A stretch of DNA of 64,000 nucleotides from Candidatus Kerfeldbacteria bacterium RIFCSPLOWO2_02_FULL_42_19 (GTDB lineage: Bacteria > Patescibacteriota > Patescibacteriia > HO2-48-17). Positions 38,050 through 47,929 of this stretch are shown here, piece by piece. Location of the stretch: assembly GCA_001818315.1 (NCBI GenBank), contig MHKF01000012.1, forward strand, positions 251,149 to 315,148, in the 5' to 3' direction. How positions within the stretch are numbered: position 1 is the first letter of the stretch; each line of letters begins with the position of its first letter. The notes beneath the pieces are model-generated. The model was not told the origin of the DNA. It saw only the letters and a program-made list of their open reading frames with translations, and made no database searches. The translations under genes and the position numbers were made by a program.

Positions 38050-39636
38050 TCATGATAACTCGTCGCGTTTTTCCTTCATGTAAGAGAACCATTGTTCGAG
38101 AACTTCGATAATGAGTTGGAACGGTGCTTCGATAATGATGTCGAGTATAAAGAGAAAAATATTGATGCGGGAGAATTTTGTACTGATCCAGTTGCCGACT
38201 CGTAAAAACGGGGTTGTTAGGAAGCCTACGAGAAGTGTAATAATATTTTCGCGTCTTTCAATGAGACTCACTTCTTTGACATGTTGACGTAATCGAAATC
38301 CCAAAAAGCTTGCAAGACACAGGAAAAGGAGAAAAAGCGCGCCGCTGAAGGTATTAAATCCAAAGGAAGAAAGCACGTAAATCATTCCCCCAAACGATAC
38401 GGCGTAGGTGAGTGTATAGAGCGTTGTAAATATAATACTAAAAAAGGTTTTTCGTTTGAGTTTTTTTGGAGGCGTTAGTGCAAGTGCATCGTTATAAATC
38501 ATTTTAGGGAGCACCTCCTGAATTTTTTTGAGGTTTTCTTTTTTCGGCATGCGAATCGTGATGCCGAGGATAAACATGAGGATCGGCGGAAACATAATGT
38601 TGATTTCGAGTGGAATGAGCGCGAGCTCGCCGTGTACATACCGATCGTAAGGAATTTCGAGCAATAACGCGATCAACATTTTTGTGAAAAAGATATAGAT
38701 GATACTTCGTGCGACGCCACGAGTGATTTTTCTGCGAATGATTTTAGCGCGTCGTTTGTACGCCGCTTCTATTTCTTCTTTGAGCGTCTGTTTATCGTTT
38801 AAAAGATTTGCAAAATCTTCTTCATGTTTTTCGAGAAGATCCCGAAGGAGCAAAAAAAGTACGGTATATTTTTTTGTCCACCGGTATAATGTGTCTGTAC
38901 GCTGATGTTTAAAATGCGCATCGAGAGCGTTACGAATATTTTCAAAACATGTTGCCATTTTTTCTATCGTATCATTACTCGCATGTTTCCAATGTGGTAC
39001 GTATCTTTCGAGTAGGCGATGGGATATGAGAATTTTATCGGCTTTCAAGAGGGATTGTTCGATTGCAATGAAAAGTTGAATACTTAATTCTTCTTTCGGG
39101 ATATTTTTTAATTCTTCCGGAAGATTCTTTTCGAAAATTTCGTACATGTATGTAGCAAATGCTTCATCCTGGTGAGTATCCGCAAGTTGGGATTCGATTT
39201 CACTTGCTGCAATGCCTATTGTCCATTTAAAGGCTTTTTGACGCTTTTGAAGCCCGTCGTTTTTTTCAATAGTATTGAGAAGCCTTTGATATTTGTGGAT
39301 CGTTTTAGCAATGATCGGAATCATTTTGTCCGAGAGGGTTCGATTTGGGAGGTATCGCGCTCGAATGAGTTCTAATATCAATGATTCAGCGACTTCTTCA
39401 CTTTTTTTCTGGAAGAAGAGGCGCCTTGAAAGGATGCGGGCAATGGCATTTTTACGCAATAAGTGTTCTTCGCTATATTCCAAAGCATTACGGATTCTTT
39501 CGTAAAAGAAAGATGCCTTACTGAGAATTTCATTTACAGCGATCGTCGTGCCGCCTTTTTCACCTTTCACGAGGAGTTCGGTCGGTTGCGCAAAGTATTT
39601 TTGATAGAGTTTTCGGATGATAGCGTCGTTTCCCAT
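38050..39636 (-). CDS. Conserved-looking hypothetical membrane protein
   Basis: 528 aa; YERIRNALEY..EHLLRKNAI.RIL.R; several C-terminal TM helices. Confidence 0.8.
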   Translation of the reverse strand: MGNDAIIRKLYQKYFAQPTELLVKGEKGGTTIAVNEILSKASFFYERIRNALEYSEEHLLRKNAIARILSRRLFFQKKSEEVAESLILELIRARYLPNRTLSDKMIPIIAKTIHKYQRLLNTIEKNDGLQKRQKAFKWTIGIAASEIESQLADTHQDEAFATYMYEIFEKNLPEELKNIPKEELSIQLFIAIEQSLLKADKILISHRLLERYVPHWKHASNDTIEKMATCFENIRNALDAHFKHQRTDTLYRWTKKYTVLFLLLRDLLEKHEEDFANLLNDKQTLKEEIEAAYKRRAKIIRRKITRGVARSIIYIFFTKMLIALLLEIPYDRYVHGELALIPLEINIMFPPILMFILGITIRMPKKENLKKIQEVLPKMIYNDALALTPPKKLKRKTFFSIIFTTLYTLTYAVSFGGMIYVLSSFGFNTFSGALFLLFLCLASFLGFRLRQHVKEVSLIERRENIITLLVGFLTTPFLRVGNWISTKFSRINIFLFILDIIIEAPFQLIIEVLEQWFSYMKEKRDELS

Positions 39637-39699
39637 AACTCTATTATATCGTAAAAGACTTTCGCGTCACAAATTAAGGTCATGCCGTTGAACAATAGC

Positions 39700-39885
39700 G
39701 GGACTGTCGTTGAATGTGCTTTTGTCTGTGAAAAAGCATTTGCACAAAGTACAAAGAGGAGCAAGACTCTCCTTTCTCAGCACACTGTGCACTGTCAGTG
39801 TTTCGAAAGCGAGAGTCTTGCTCCTCTTTGTACTTTGAATCACATTCATTGACTCACAGACAAAAGCGCATTCAACGACAGTCCC
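39700..39885. mobile_element. Family-B inverted arms enclosing hairpin A5
   Basis: GGGACTGTCGTTGAATGTGCTTTTGTCTGTGA / TCACAGACAAAAGCGCATTCAACGACAGTCCC; no clean TSD. Confidence 0.7.
39745..39837 (+). repeat. Family-A hairpin, copy 5
   Basis: CAAAGTACAAAGAGGAGCAAGACTCTC / GAGAGTCTTGCTCCTCTTTGTACTTTG arms with the conserved core. Confidence 0.9.
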
Positions 39886-39988
39886 ACAATGGTTCAGATT
39901 ATTTTTTACGAAGTTCCTACTGACAAGATCACGTCGTCACGGTATAATAGATTTGCGCGTGTTCGATGAAAATTTCAGAAACAAATAT

Positions 39989-40618
39989 ATGAAAAAAATT
40001 CTTTATTGCGTTCGGCACGGGCAAAGCCTTGATGAACAGAACAGTTGGTTTACCGGATTTACCGACACGTCTTTAACTCCACGCGGCTTGAACGAAATGC
40101 ATCACGTCGGTACACGATTTCATGTCACACCGGTGGATGTGATCTATGCTTCAGTTCAAAACCGCGCACTTCAATCCGCAGAAATTCTTCAACGTTATCT
40201 TCACTGTGATATCCATGCTTTGCGAGAACTTACAGAGTGGAATCGTGAGGGTATTTTGAGTGGACTGACGTATTCCCAAGTTGCTCGATTATACCCCGAG
40301 GAGTTACGAAACCTTACGTATTTCCGTTCTCATGCTCTGTACGGTGAATCCTATAATGATTTTCTTGCACGTGTTCTTTCGGTGTTTGAAGTGATATTGC
40401 AGAGTTCGTACCGACGTATTATGATTGTAACTCACGGCAATGTGATTGGCATTTGGCTTCGGGAAGTGTATCGGATTATTCCCTATACTTTCCATCTTGC
40501 GTACCCAGATCATATTGTTGCAGTGCGTCTGAATCATAAGCACAAAATTGAATCTCTTCAGAGTGCTTTTCTTCATCATAATCTCTATGCATCCAAAGCG
40601 CTGGGAAAAAATTCTTGA
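39989..40618 (+). CDS. Histidine phosphatase family protein
   Basis: VRHGQS, RALQSA, GESY, IVTHG. Confidence 0.9.
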   Translation: MKKILYCVRHGQSLDEQNSWFTGFTDTSLTPRGLNEMHHVGTRFHVTPVDVIYASVQNRALQSAEILQRYLHCDIHALRELTEWNREGILSGLTYSQVARLYPEELRNLTYFRSHALYGESYNDFLARVLSVFEVILQSSYRRIMIVTHGNVIGIWLREVYRIIPYTFHLAYPDHIVAVRLNHKHKIESLQSAFLHHNLYASKALGKNS

Positions 40619-40907
40619 GCATATCAAATCACAATACACTGTGTTGGAGCATCATCCTCCAGAACCAGTCGAAGGAACCGAGGCGGTTTTGAAAGAGTCG
40701 ATTGTTGTTCAAGGACAACAGGGAAAAACGCGCTTTGAACGTTTCACTCGCGTTCCAGTCAAAGAAGATCCACTAGATACTTCACATTCTGCAGATTGGA
40801 TTTTTTCCGAACTCGCGATCACGAGTTATGTGAAAGGGTATCGTTGGAATGAGAAGTCCGGGAGCTGGGATGAATTTAATGTAAAGGATATATTTTTTAA
40901 AACATGA
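40587..40907 (+). CDS. Hypothetical protein
   Basis: ORF coupled to both neighbours (MHPKRWEKILEHIK...). Confidence 0.65.
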   Translation: MHPKRWEKILEHIKSQYTVLEHHPPEPVEGTEAVLKESIVVQGQQGKTRFERFTRVPVKEDPLDTSHSADWIFSELAITSYVKGYRWNEKSGSWDEFNVKDIFFKT

Positions 40908-41323
40908 AACGCGTTTTAGTTTTTGGTACATTCGACGGTATTCATGCAGGACATCGATTTTTATTTCAGAAGGCTCTGGAATTCGGTGATAAGCTTTTTG
41001 TAGTTGTGGCACTGGATGAAACCGTACGTCGCGTGAAGGGACGCATGCCTTGTTGGTCACAAACAGAACGTTTGGATTTAGTGCAAAAAGAACCTTGTGT
41101 TTTTAAAGCATTACTCGGGTACCCTGGCGATAAATATCGAGTGATCGAAGAAATTCAGCCGCATGTGATTTGTTTAGGATATGATCAGAAAACGTTTGTA
41201 GATGGACTTCCGGAGGCCTTAGAGATTCGTAACATCAGTGTTCGAATAGTCCGCCTTGATGCTTTTTACCCCGAACAATTTAAGTCTTCAATTCTTTTCG
41301 CCAAACGCAAGTCAGTTGCGTGA
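40904..41323 (+). CDS. Cytidylyltransferase-family protein (archaeal RibL-type FAD synthase-like)
   Basis: FGTFDGIHAGH, VVVALD, ICLGYDQ, KSS. Confidence 0.85.
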   Translation: MKRVLVFGTFDGIHAGHRFLFQKALEFGDKLFVVVALDETVRRVKGRMPCWSQTERLDLVQKEPCVFKALLGYPGDKYRVIEEIQPHVICLGYDQKTFVDGLPEALEIRNISVRIVRLDAFYPEQFKSSILFAKRKSVA

Positions 41324-42592
41324 ATGATATATATGAATTCCGAAGCACAACATTCGATATATTCTGTGAGTGAATTTTTGGATTCACTCAATACTTCGCT
41401 TTCGCAGGAGGTTTTTTATGTCAAAGGCGAAGTGAGCGATTATAAAATTATTCAGAATCGCTATGTTGTCTTTGATGTCAAAGATGAAAAAGGAAAAATG
41501 AATTGTTTTTTGATGTTCTATCAACTTGAAGTTCAAATCGAAGACGGAATGGAAATTGTTGTGAAAGGTTTGCCGCATATCTATATTCCACAAGGGCGTT
41601 TTTCTTTTCGTGTCATCGGTATCGAACCGGTTGGCGAAGGAGCACTGAAGCGTGCGTTGATACTCACGAAACGTAAACTCGAAAAAGAAGGGCTTTTTGA
41701 TGAACGATACAAAGCAGCGCCGCCGTCTGTACCAGAAACGATTGGTCTTGTGACATCACAAGACGCCGCGGCGTACACAGATGTATTACGGATTCTTACG
41801 AATCGTTGGTCGGGTTTGACGATTTATTTTCATCATGCTTCGGTGCAGGGGGAACGTGCCGTAGCTGAAATCGTGGATGCTTTGGATTGGTTTAATAAAT
41901 ATCGTCCCGTTGATGTCATTATTGTTACTCGCGGCGGTGGAAGCCTTGAAGACTTGCAAGCATTTAATTCTGAAGCTGTATGCCGAGCCGTTTTTGCCTC
42001 GCATATGCCAATTATTACAGGCGTTGGACACGAACGTGATGTTACTCTTGTTGATCTTGTAGCCGATGTACGTGCAAGTACACCTTCGAATGCGGCAGAA
42101 ATCGCTGTGCCGGATAAAGTAACTTTTGTGAGTCAACTTTTGATAACACGACAACAATTGCGTTCGCATCTTTTTCGTATTTTGGACGATGTCCAGCGAA
42201 ATGTGTATACTATTTTCGAGCGTCTGCAGCGTATTCTAGCTGATCGTACGGAATTTTTTGCTTTACTTACGCGACGGCTCGATGCTCTCAAACGCACTTT
42301 TTCTTACACACTCCAACAGTCGTTACTTTTCCTTTCACAGCATCGTTTGCGCTTGCAACGTTCGCTGACACAATCCTTGAGTATGTACACTCAACAACTT
42401 CGTTTCCGTCAGCAAACACTCACGCATCTTCATCCACAATTCCCTTTGCAGCGTGGCTTTTCGCTCACGCGGGATGCGTCCGGGAAAATTTTGCGTCACG
42501 CTTCCGATGTACATATTGGCGATTTGATTCGTACAGAACTTCAGGATGGATCGATCCAGAGTCACGTACGTAACCTTAAACTTGATACATAA
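41324..42592 (+). CDS. xseA: Exodeoxyribonuclease VII large subunit
   Basis: RGGGSLEDL, GVGHERD, RASTPSNAAE, LQRGFS. Confidence 0.96.
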   Translation: MIYMNSEAQHSIYSVSEFLDSLNTSLSQEVFYVKGEVSDYKIIQNRYVVFDVKDEKGKMNCFLMFYQLEVQIEDGMEIVVKGLPHIYIPQGRFSFRVIGIEPVGEGALKRALILTKRKLEKEGLFDERYKAAPPSVPETIGLVTSQDAAAYTDVLRILTNRWSGLTIYFHHASVQGERAVAEIVDALDWFNKYRPVDVIIVTRGGGSLEDLQAFNSEAVCRAVFASHMPIITGVGHERDVTLVDLVADVRASTPSNAAEIAVPDKVTFVSQLLITRQQLRSHLFRILDDVQRNVYTIFERLQRILADRTEFFALLTRRLDALKRTFSYTLQQSLLFLSQHRLRLQRSLTQSLSMYTQQLRFRQQTLTHLHPQFPLQRGFSLTRDASGKILRHASDVHIGDLIRTELQDGSIQSHVRNLKLDT

Positions 42593-42607
42593 TACTTTGC
42601 AGTGCCT

Positions 42608-42838
42608 ATGCCACAAAAAAAAGAAAATATAAATCAGTTGAAAGAACGTCTCGATCACATTATTGAAGCGCTTGAGTCCGGTGATTTGGATATTGAAGTG
42701 AGTGTCGCCAAATACGAAGAGGCCGTGAAACTCATTTCCATTATGCAGCAACAGTTGAAAGAGTTAAAAAATAAGGTAGAAAAAATTGATCGTGCTTTTC
42801 CTGCGCAAGAGCGTGAGGTTGAAAAAGATCCGTCATAA
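42608..42838 (+). CDS. xseB: Exodeoxyribonuclease VII small subunit
   Basis: LDHIIEALESGDLDIEVSVAKYEEAVKL; follows xseA. Confidence 0.9.
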   Translation: MPQKKENINQLKERLDHIIEALESGDLDIEVSVAKYEEAVKLISIMQQQLKELKNKVEKIDRAFPAQEREVEKDPS

Positions 42839-42840
42839 CT

Positions 42841-44064
42841 ATGTTGCTTGCTCATGGACCTCTTGGTATCCTTATTGCTTGGAAAATACTTTCATCTTCG
42901 CGAAGTTTTGCAGTGTTGCGAAAACAACAGTGGCTTTTTTTATTCGTAGGCTTCCTCGGTGGCCTTTTTCCAGATATTGATTTATTGTATACCTACCTCG
43001 TGGACGCAAGAGTGAGCCACCGAGAATTTTATACGCATTCTTTTTTTATTTATCTTGCTGTTTTCATTGTGTGCTATGCGTTGTGTGTGCTCACGAAACG
43101 CCCCGTCTGGATGCGTATGCTGTTTCTTGTTTTTTTTCTCGGTGTCACAAGTCATCTTCTGAGCGATGCTATCGGATACCAAATTATACTTTTGCTTCCA
43201 TTCTCGAAAAAATTGTTTGGTCTCACGAATTTTCATTTTCTTGCCTTTTCCGGATTTTTACTCAATTGGCTTTTTGAAGTTTTCATCTTTTTTCTTTTTG
43301 GCTTGCTCTTTGTGAAACTTTTTATTCGAGTTTTCAAGGTGCGCATTATCCTCTTGATTCTTTTAGGAGTATTCTGGATTTTTGGCAGTGTTGGGATTGT
43401 ATATTTTTTTCAACACATACTGCATACTAATGCAAATTTTGCGTATGCTGATTATGATAAAGATACGATACGTAATCGTTATGACGAAGATCTGGATGGA
43501 GATGGCATTGTCAATAGTCGAGATGCGGATAGTGATGATGACGGACTTTCGAATATTGAGGAATTTTCCATTGCCGCAGAAAAAATTCGTGATATTTGGT
43601 TCGATCCGTCAGATGGAAAATGGCTGGAAATTCCCGCGCGACTTGGCTTTGCCTCGGTTGTCGATGTCGTGGCACATGTTTATTATGAAGCGGGTGTGCC
43701 GTTGTTTCCCGAGATGCAGGCTGATTTTTTTGTAACGTCGGAAGGGTACATTTCGCCGCCAACTGATGCGTACTTCGATACGAGTGTTCAGAATGTACAA
43801 GCATGGCTCGCGCATACTCATCGGCTTTTACCAGGCGATACACGCGATCTGAAAGTTGGAGACATTCTTTTTTTTAATGCCTCTGCAAAAGCGCATGTTG
43901 CTGTTGTGAAACAGTTATCTTCAGACGCCGGTATAGTGTTACTTGAAGCACATTCGAGTCACGGTGCTTCACCTATTCTGTATGAAGACGTGCGGAAGCG
44001 CGAAGGAGATCCGACAGCCGTAGGGCGACTGCTCTATCCAGTACTTTTCGACGTACAATATTGA
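42841..44064 (+). CDS. YdjM-like membrane metal-dependent hydrolase fused to Asp-rich Ca-binding repeats and a DUF1287/NlpC-like domain
   Basis: AH, FPDID, HREFYTHS, SHLLSD; DxDxDG repeats; GDILFF...HVAVV. Confidence 0.7.
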   Translation: MLLAHGPLGILIAWKILSSSRSFAVLRKQQWLFLFVGFLGGLFPDIDLLYTYLVDARVSHREFYTHSFFIYLAVFIVCYALCVLTKRPVWMRMLFLVFFLGVTSHLLSDAIGYQIILLLPFSKKLFGLTNFHFLAFSGFLLNWLFEVFIFFLFGLLFVKLFIRVFKVRIILLILLGVFWIFGSVGIVYFFQHILHTNANFAYADYDKDTIRNRYDEDLDGDGIVNSRDADSDDDGLSNIEEFSIAAEKIRDIWFDPSDGKWLEIPARLGFASVVDVVAHVYYEAGVPLFPEMQADFFVTSEGYISPPTDAYFDTSVQNVQAWLAHTHRLLPGDTRDLKVGDILFFNASAKAHVAVVKQLSSDAGIVLLEAHSSHGASPILYEDVRKREGDPTAVGRLLYPVLFDVQY

Positions 44065-44081
44065 GTTTTGTGGAAAATGGT

Positions 44082-44912
44082 ATGACGTTCACTCACATCG
44101 TCGCCGCTCTTATTCTCGGCGCACTTCAAGGTATTACAGAGTTTCTCCCTGTTTCTTCTTCAGGGCATCTTATTTTTTTTCGCGATGTACTGGGGTTTGA
44201 ATTAGAGAATAGCCTTTTTTTCGACGTTTTTCTTCATCTTGCAACACTGTGCGTTGTGCTGATTTATTTTCGTACGGATGTCGCTCGTCTTTTCCATGGC
44301 TTTGTACAGAGCCTCAAAACCTTTGATGTTTCGCAGTCAGCTCAAAGACTTTCCTGGTTGATACTCATCGCAAGCCTCCCCGCTGCCCTTTTTGGTTTTT
44401 TCTTTGAAGATATTGTAGAACGCTATGCGAGAAATTCTGGGGTAGTGATACTTATGCTCATCCTTATTGGTGTGTTGTTCCTTGTTGTAGATAGGAAAAA
44501 TTTCCAACCCAAGTTCGAACTTTCATTTTTACGCTTGCGTCATGTTTTGATTATTGGTTGTGCGCAGGCTCTCGCGCTGATTCCCGGGACTTCGCGTTCT
44601 GGTATTACAATGATTGCTGGCATGACACAGGGACTTTCGCGTCGTGATGCAGCGAAGTTTTCCTTTCTTCTTTCGCTGCCTACGGTCGCTGGCGCAGGTT
44701 TGAAAAAGTTGATTGAGAGTGTTATGATGGGTCTCAGTATTGAAGCATGGATGCTCGCGATCATCGGCTTTTTCTCTGCGTTTATTTTTGGCTTTCTGAG
44801 CGTCGCGTTTCTCATGAAATTTCTTGAACGACATTCACTGCATGTCTTTGCCTGGTATCGATTTATACTTGCTTTTTTTATCTTTATTTATCTTGTGCGA
44901 GTTTTTTTATGA
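44082..44912 (+). CDS. uppP: Undecaprenyl-diphosphate phosphatase
   Basis: QGITEFLPVSSSGH, PGTSRSGIT, FSFLLS. Confidence 0.97.
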   Translation: MTFTHIVAALILGALQGITEFLPVSSSGHLIFFRDVLGFELENSLFFDVFLHLATLCVVLIYFRTDVARLFHGFVQSLKTFDVSQSAQRLSWLILIASLPAALFGFFFEDIVERYARNSGVVILMLILIGVLFLVVDRKNFQPKFELSFLRLRHVLIIGCAQALALIPGTSRSGITMIAGMTQGLSRRDAAKFSFLLSLPTVAGAGLKKLIESVMMGLSIEAWMLAIIGFFSAFIFGFLSVAFLMKFLERHSLHVFAWYRFILAFFIFIYLVRVFL

Positions 44913-45985
44913 AAATTGTCATTCGTGCTGGAGGTGTTGGTTCACGTCTGTGGCCAGTGAGTCGGTCGCAGTGTCCGAAGCAATTTCACGCGTTTGCTTC
45001 TCAAAGAACTATGATTCAGGACGCTGTTGAACGTGTTGCTCCTCTTGCTGATGCCTCCGATATTTTCGTTTCCACAACAGCGAATGCCGTTTCTTTAGTC
45101 ACACAGCAACTTCCGAAGATTCGCAAGGAGCATATTATCGTGGAGCCTGCGCGACGCGATACAGCGGCTGCTATAGGTCTTGAAGCGCTCTATGTTGCTC
45201 GTGAAGATCCTGACGCTGTGATCGCAAGTTTAGGATCGGATCATTTGATTTTAAAACCTGATGAATTTTGTCGGCTGCTTCGGATCGCTGAGACAGTGTT
45301 GAATCGTTATCCTGAATATCTTGTTACGCTGGGTGTCATGCCGACGTATGCAGAAACCGGCTATGGGTATATTCACAAAGGTCGGATTCTTACCGATATT
45401 GAAAACGAAAAAGTGTATCTTGTGGATACGTTTACGGAAAAGCCTGATTTTGCTACTGCAAAGACATTCCTCACCAGCGGGGAATATTTGTGGAACAGCA
45501 ATATGTTTGCTTGGCGGGTTCAGCGCATACTTGCGCTTTTTGCAGAGTATTGTCCGGCGATGTATCGGGGTCTATTGGAGATTCGAGAAGCTCTTGGGAC
45601 ATCCCGCGAGCAGCAGGTTGTCGAACGCGTGTATCCTACCTTAGAAAAAACTTCGATCGATTACGCTATCATTGAAAAGACCCAAAAAATTGCCGTGATT
45701 CCCGCAGACATTGGATGGACCGATATTGGGAATTGGCGAACACTGTATGATGTACTTCCAAAAGATGCGTCTGGGAATGTATTAAAGGGAAATGTTCGTA
45801 GTGTGGATACGCACGATACTTTTGTCTTTGTAAAACCGGAAAAACTTGTCGCGACAGTCGGTTTGCATAATGTTGTGATTGTTGATACTGATGATGCTTT
45901 GCTTGTGTGTGATCAGGAACGAGCTCAAGACGTCAAAAAAATTGTCGAAGCATTGACAGATGGAAAGCAAGACACCTTTTTGTAG
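44909..45985 (+). CDS. Mannose-1-phosphate guanylyltransferase
   Basis: AGGVGSRLWPVSR..PKQF, EPARRDTA, ETGYGYI, FTEKP, SIDYAI, WTDIG. Confidence 0.94.
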   Translation: MKIVIRAGGVGSRLWPVSRSQCPKQFHAFASQRTMIQDAVERVAPLADASDIFVSTTANAVSLVTQQLPKIRKEHIIVEPARRDTAAAIGLEALYVAREDPDAVIASLGSDHLILKPDEFCRLLRIAETVLNRYPEYLVTLGVMPTYAETGYGYIHKGRILTDIENEKVYLVDTFTEKPDFATAKTFLTSGEYLWNSNMFAWRVQRILALFAEYCPAMYRGLLEIREALGTSREQQVVERVYPTLEKTSIDYAIIEKTQKIAVIPADIGWTDIGNWRTLYDVLPKDASGNVLKGNVRSVDTHDTFVFVKPEKLVATVGLHNVVIVDTDDALLVCDQERAQDVKKIVEALTDGKQDTFL

Positions 45986-46065
45986 GAATGATGTCGATCC
46001 ATTCTTCGGTGTTTTTGCCGGCGTGGAGCAATTTCGTCACGAAAGATTATTCAGGAATAAGTCTT

Positions 46066-47160
46066 ATGCCTTCAGAATCTCTTAGGCTCAAGGAATCACA
46101 TCCTACTCCATCCCGCAAAAAATCCTCTGATGATGGCGGAAGCGGCGGTATTATCGTTTTTTTCGTTTTTATTTTTCTGATTGTATTCCCAACCGCAACC
46201 TTCGCCTTTTTTATGAAAACGATTTATAACCAACCGCAGAGTGCGACAGGTGGAAGTTTTATTGTTGAAACCGGTGAAGGCGGTGTCGTGATTGCTACGC
46301 ATTTGTACGAGCAGAAATTTGTGAGTAATGCGACGGTATTTAAAGTGTATTTGTGGGTGAGCGGGCTTGGCGAGAAACTTCAAGCAGGTTTGTATCAACT
46401 GCCAGTGCGTGCTTCGATGGTTGATATTGCGCATATCCTGAGTAGCGGCAAAGTTCAGAAGAATGAAGTGCGTGTCACAATTCCTGAAGGAAGTTCCTCG
46501 GTGCGCATTGCAGATATTCTGGCTTCGGACGGCGTAATGCAAAAAGAAGATTTTTTGCAACTCGCTACGGTGAGTGATACACGTACGCTGCTTCCAGATG
46601 CGTATTACAATTTTTTCCAGGATAAGCCCGCTGATCAAGGTTTGGAGGGATATTTTTTTCCTGATACCTATTTCTTCTATCGCGATTCAGAGTCGTCTTT
46701 GATTCTTAAGAAATTCCTTGATACGTTTCAAAAACGAGCAGGAGACCTTCTTGCTTCTGCTCAAGCAAACGGAAAAAATATCCATGAAGTTTTGACGCTC
46801 GCAAGTATTGTGGAAGCAGAAGCACAGCGCAAAGAAGACAAGCGTCTCGTCGCTGGAATATTTTTAAAGCGTCTTGAAATCGGGATGCCATTACAGTCAG
46901 ATGCCACTGTCAATTTTGTTACCGGCAAATCTGCTTTGCAACCCACGAGCGAAGATTTAGCACAAGATTCGTTGTATAATACCTATCAACATGTGGGTTT
47001 GCCGCCGGGCCCCATCAATAATCCTGGTCTTGAGAGTATTGAAGCTGTGTTGCAACCGGAGCTTTCTGATTACTTGTATTTTATCGCTTTACCCGATGTC
47101 GGCGTCATATATGCAAAAACTTTTGAAGAACATAAGCAGAATAAAGAAAAATATTTATGA
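46066..47160 (+). CDS. mltG: Endolytic transglycosylase MltG (start uncertain)
   Basis: TIPEG, LEGYFFPDTY, ASIVEAE, LQSDAT, YNTY...GLPPGPINNPG. Confidence 0.94.
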   Translation: MPSESLRLKESHPTPSRKKSSDDGGSGGIIVFFVFIFLIVFPTATFAFFMKTIYNQPQSATGGSFIVETGEGGVVIATHLYEQKFVSNATVFKVYLWVSGLGEKLQAGLYQLPVRASMVDIAHILSSGKVQKNEVRVTIPEGSSSVRIADILASDGVMQKEDFLQLATVSDTRTLLPDAYYNFFQDKPADQGLEGYFFPDTYFFYRDSESSLILKKFLDTFQKRAGDLLASAQANGKNIHEVLTLASIVEAEAQRKEDKRLVAGIFLKRLEIGMPLQSDATVNFVTGKSALQPTSEDLAQDSLYNTYQHVGLPPGPINNPGLESIEAVLQPELSDYLYFIALPDVGVIYAKTFEEHKQNKEKYL

Positions 47161-47849
47161 AGCAGAAAGAAATTATCGTGATTTCACTTGGTGGGTCACT
47201 TATTGTGCCTCAGCAGATTGATATTCGTTTTTTGAAAGATTTTAAATCTTTTATCGAGGCGCAGACTCGGGCTCTAAACGCCCGTTTTTTTATTATTGCC
47301 GGTGGAGGTCGCACGGCGCGTCTTTACCGCGATGCAGCTGCGGCTGTCGCGAAGCTCACGCCTGATGATTTGGATTGGCTTGGAATTCATTCCACTCGTT
47401 TGAATGGACATCTCTTGCGAACAATCTTTCGTCAGGTCGCACATCCGCGAATCATTACCGATCCGTTGCGAGATCCTTTACCGAGGTCTCATGATGTTGT
47501 GATTGCTGCCGGTTGGCGTCCGGGTTGGTCTACGGATTTTGTTGCCACAAAACTTGCTGAGCGTGTTGGCGCTCGGCGACTTTTGAATCTTTCGAATATT
47601 CATGTTGTGCACGATCGGGATCCGAAGCAATACAAAAAAACAAAGCGTTTTTCTCGCATGACATGGTCACAGTTTCGAGCGCTCGTCGGTTCACGTTGGG
47701 ATCCTGGTATGAATACGCCATTTGATCCTGTTGCGTCTCGACTTGCACAAAGACTTGGGTTGGAGGTGATTATTATGTACGGAAAAGATTTTGAAAACGT
47801 GCAACGTTGGTTGGTTGAAAATCGCGGTAAGGGCACGGTCATTGTGTAA
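47157..47849 (+). CDS. pyrH: UMP kinase, archaeal type
   Basis: ISLGGSL, GGGRTARLY, GIHSTRLN, PGWSTD, PFDPVAS. Confidence 0.9.
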   Translation: MKQKEIIVISLGGSLIVPQQIDIRFLKDFKSFIEAQTRALNARFFIIAGGGRTARLYRDAAAAVAKLTPDDLDWLGIHSTRLNGHLLRTIFRQVAHPRIITDPLRDPLPRSHDVVIAAGWRPGWSTDFVATKLAERVGARRLLNLSNIHVVHDRDPKQYKKTKRFSRMTWSQFRALVGSRWDPGMNTPFDPVASRLAQRLGLEVIIMYGKDFENVQRWLVENRGKGTVIV

Positions 47850-47929
47850 ATTTTCTCATGATACGAGTCCTTTCATTGCATTTTCTAGCAGACTCGCTAT
47901 GATACAAATGAGAATATTTTTGAACCCTT

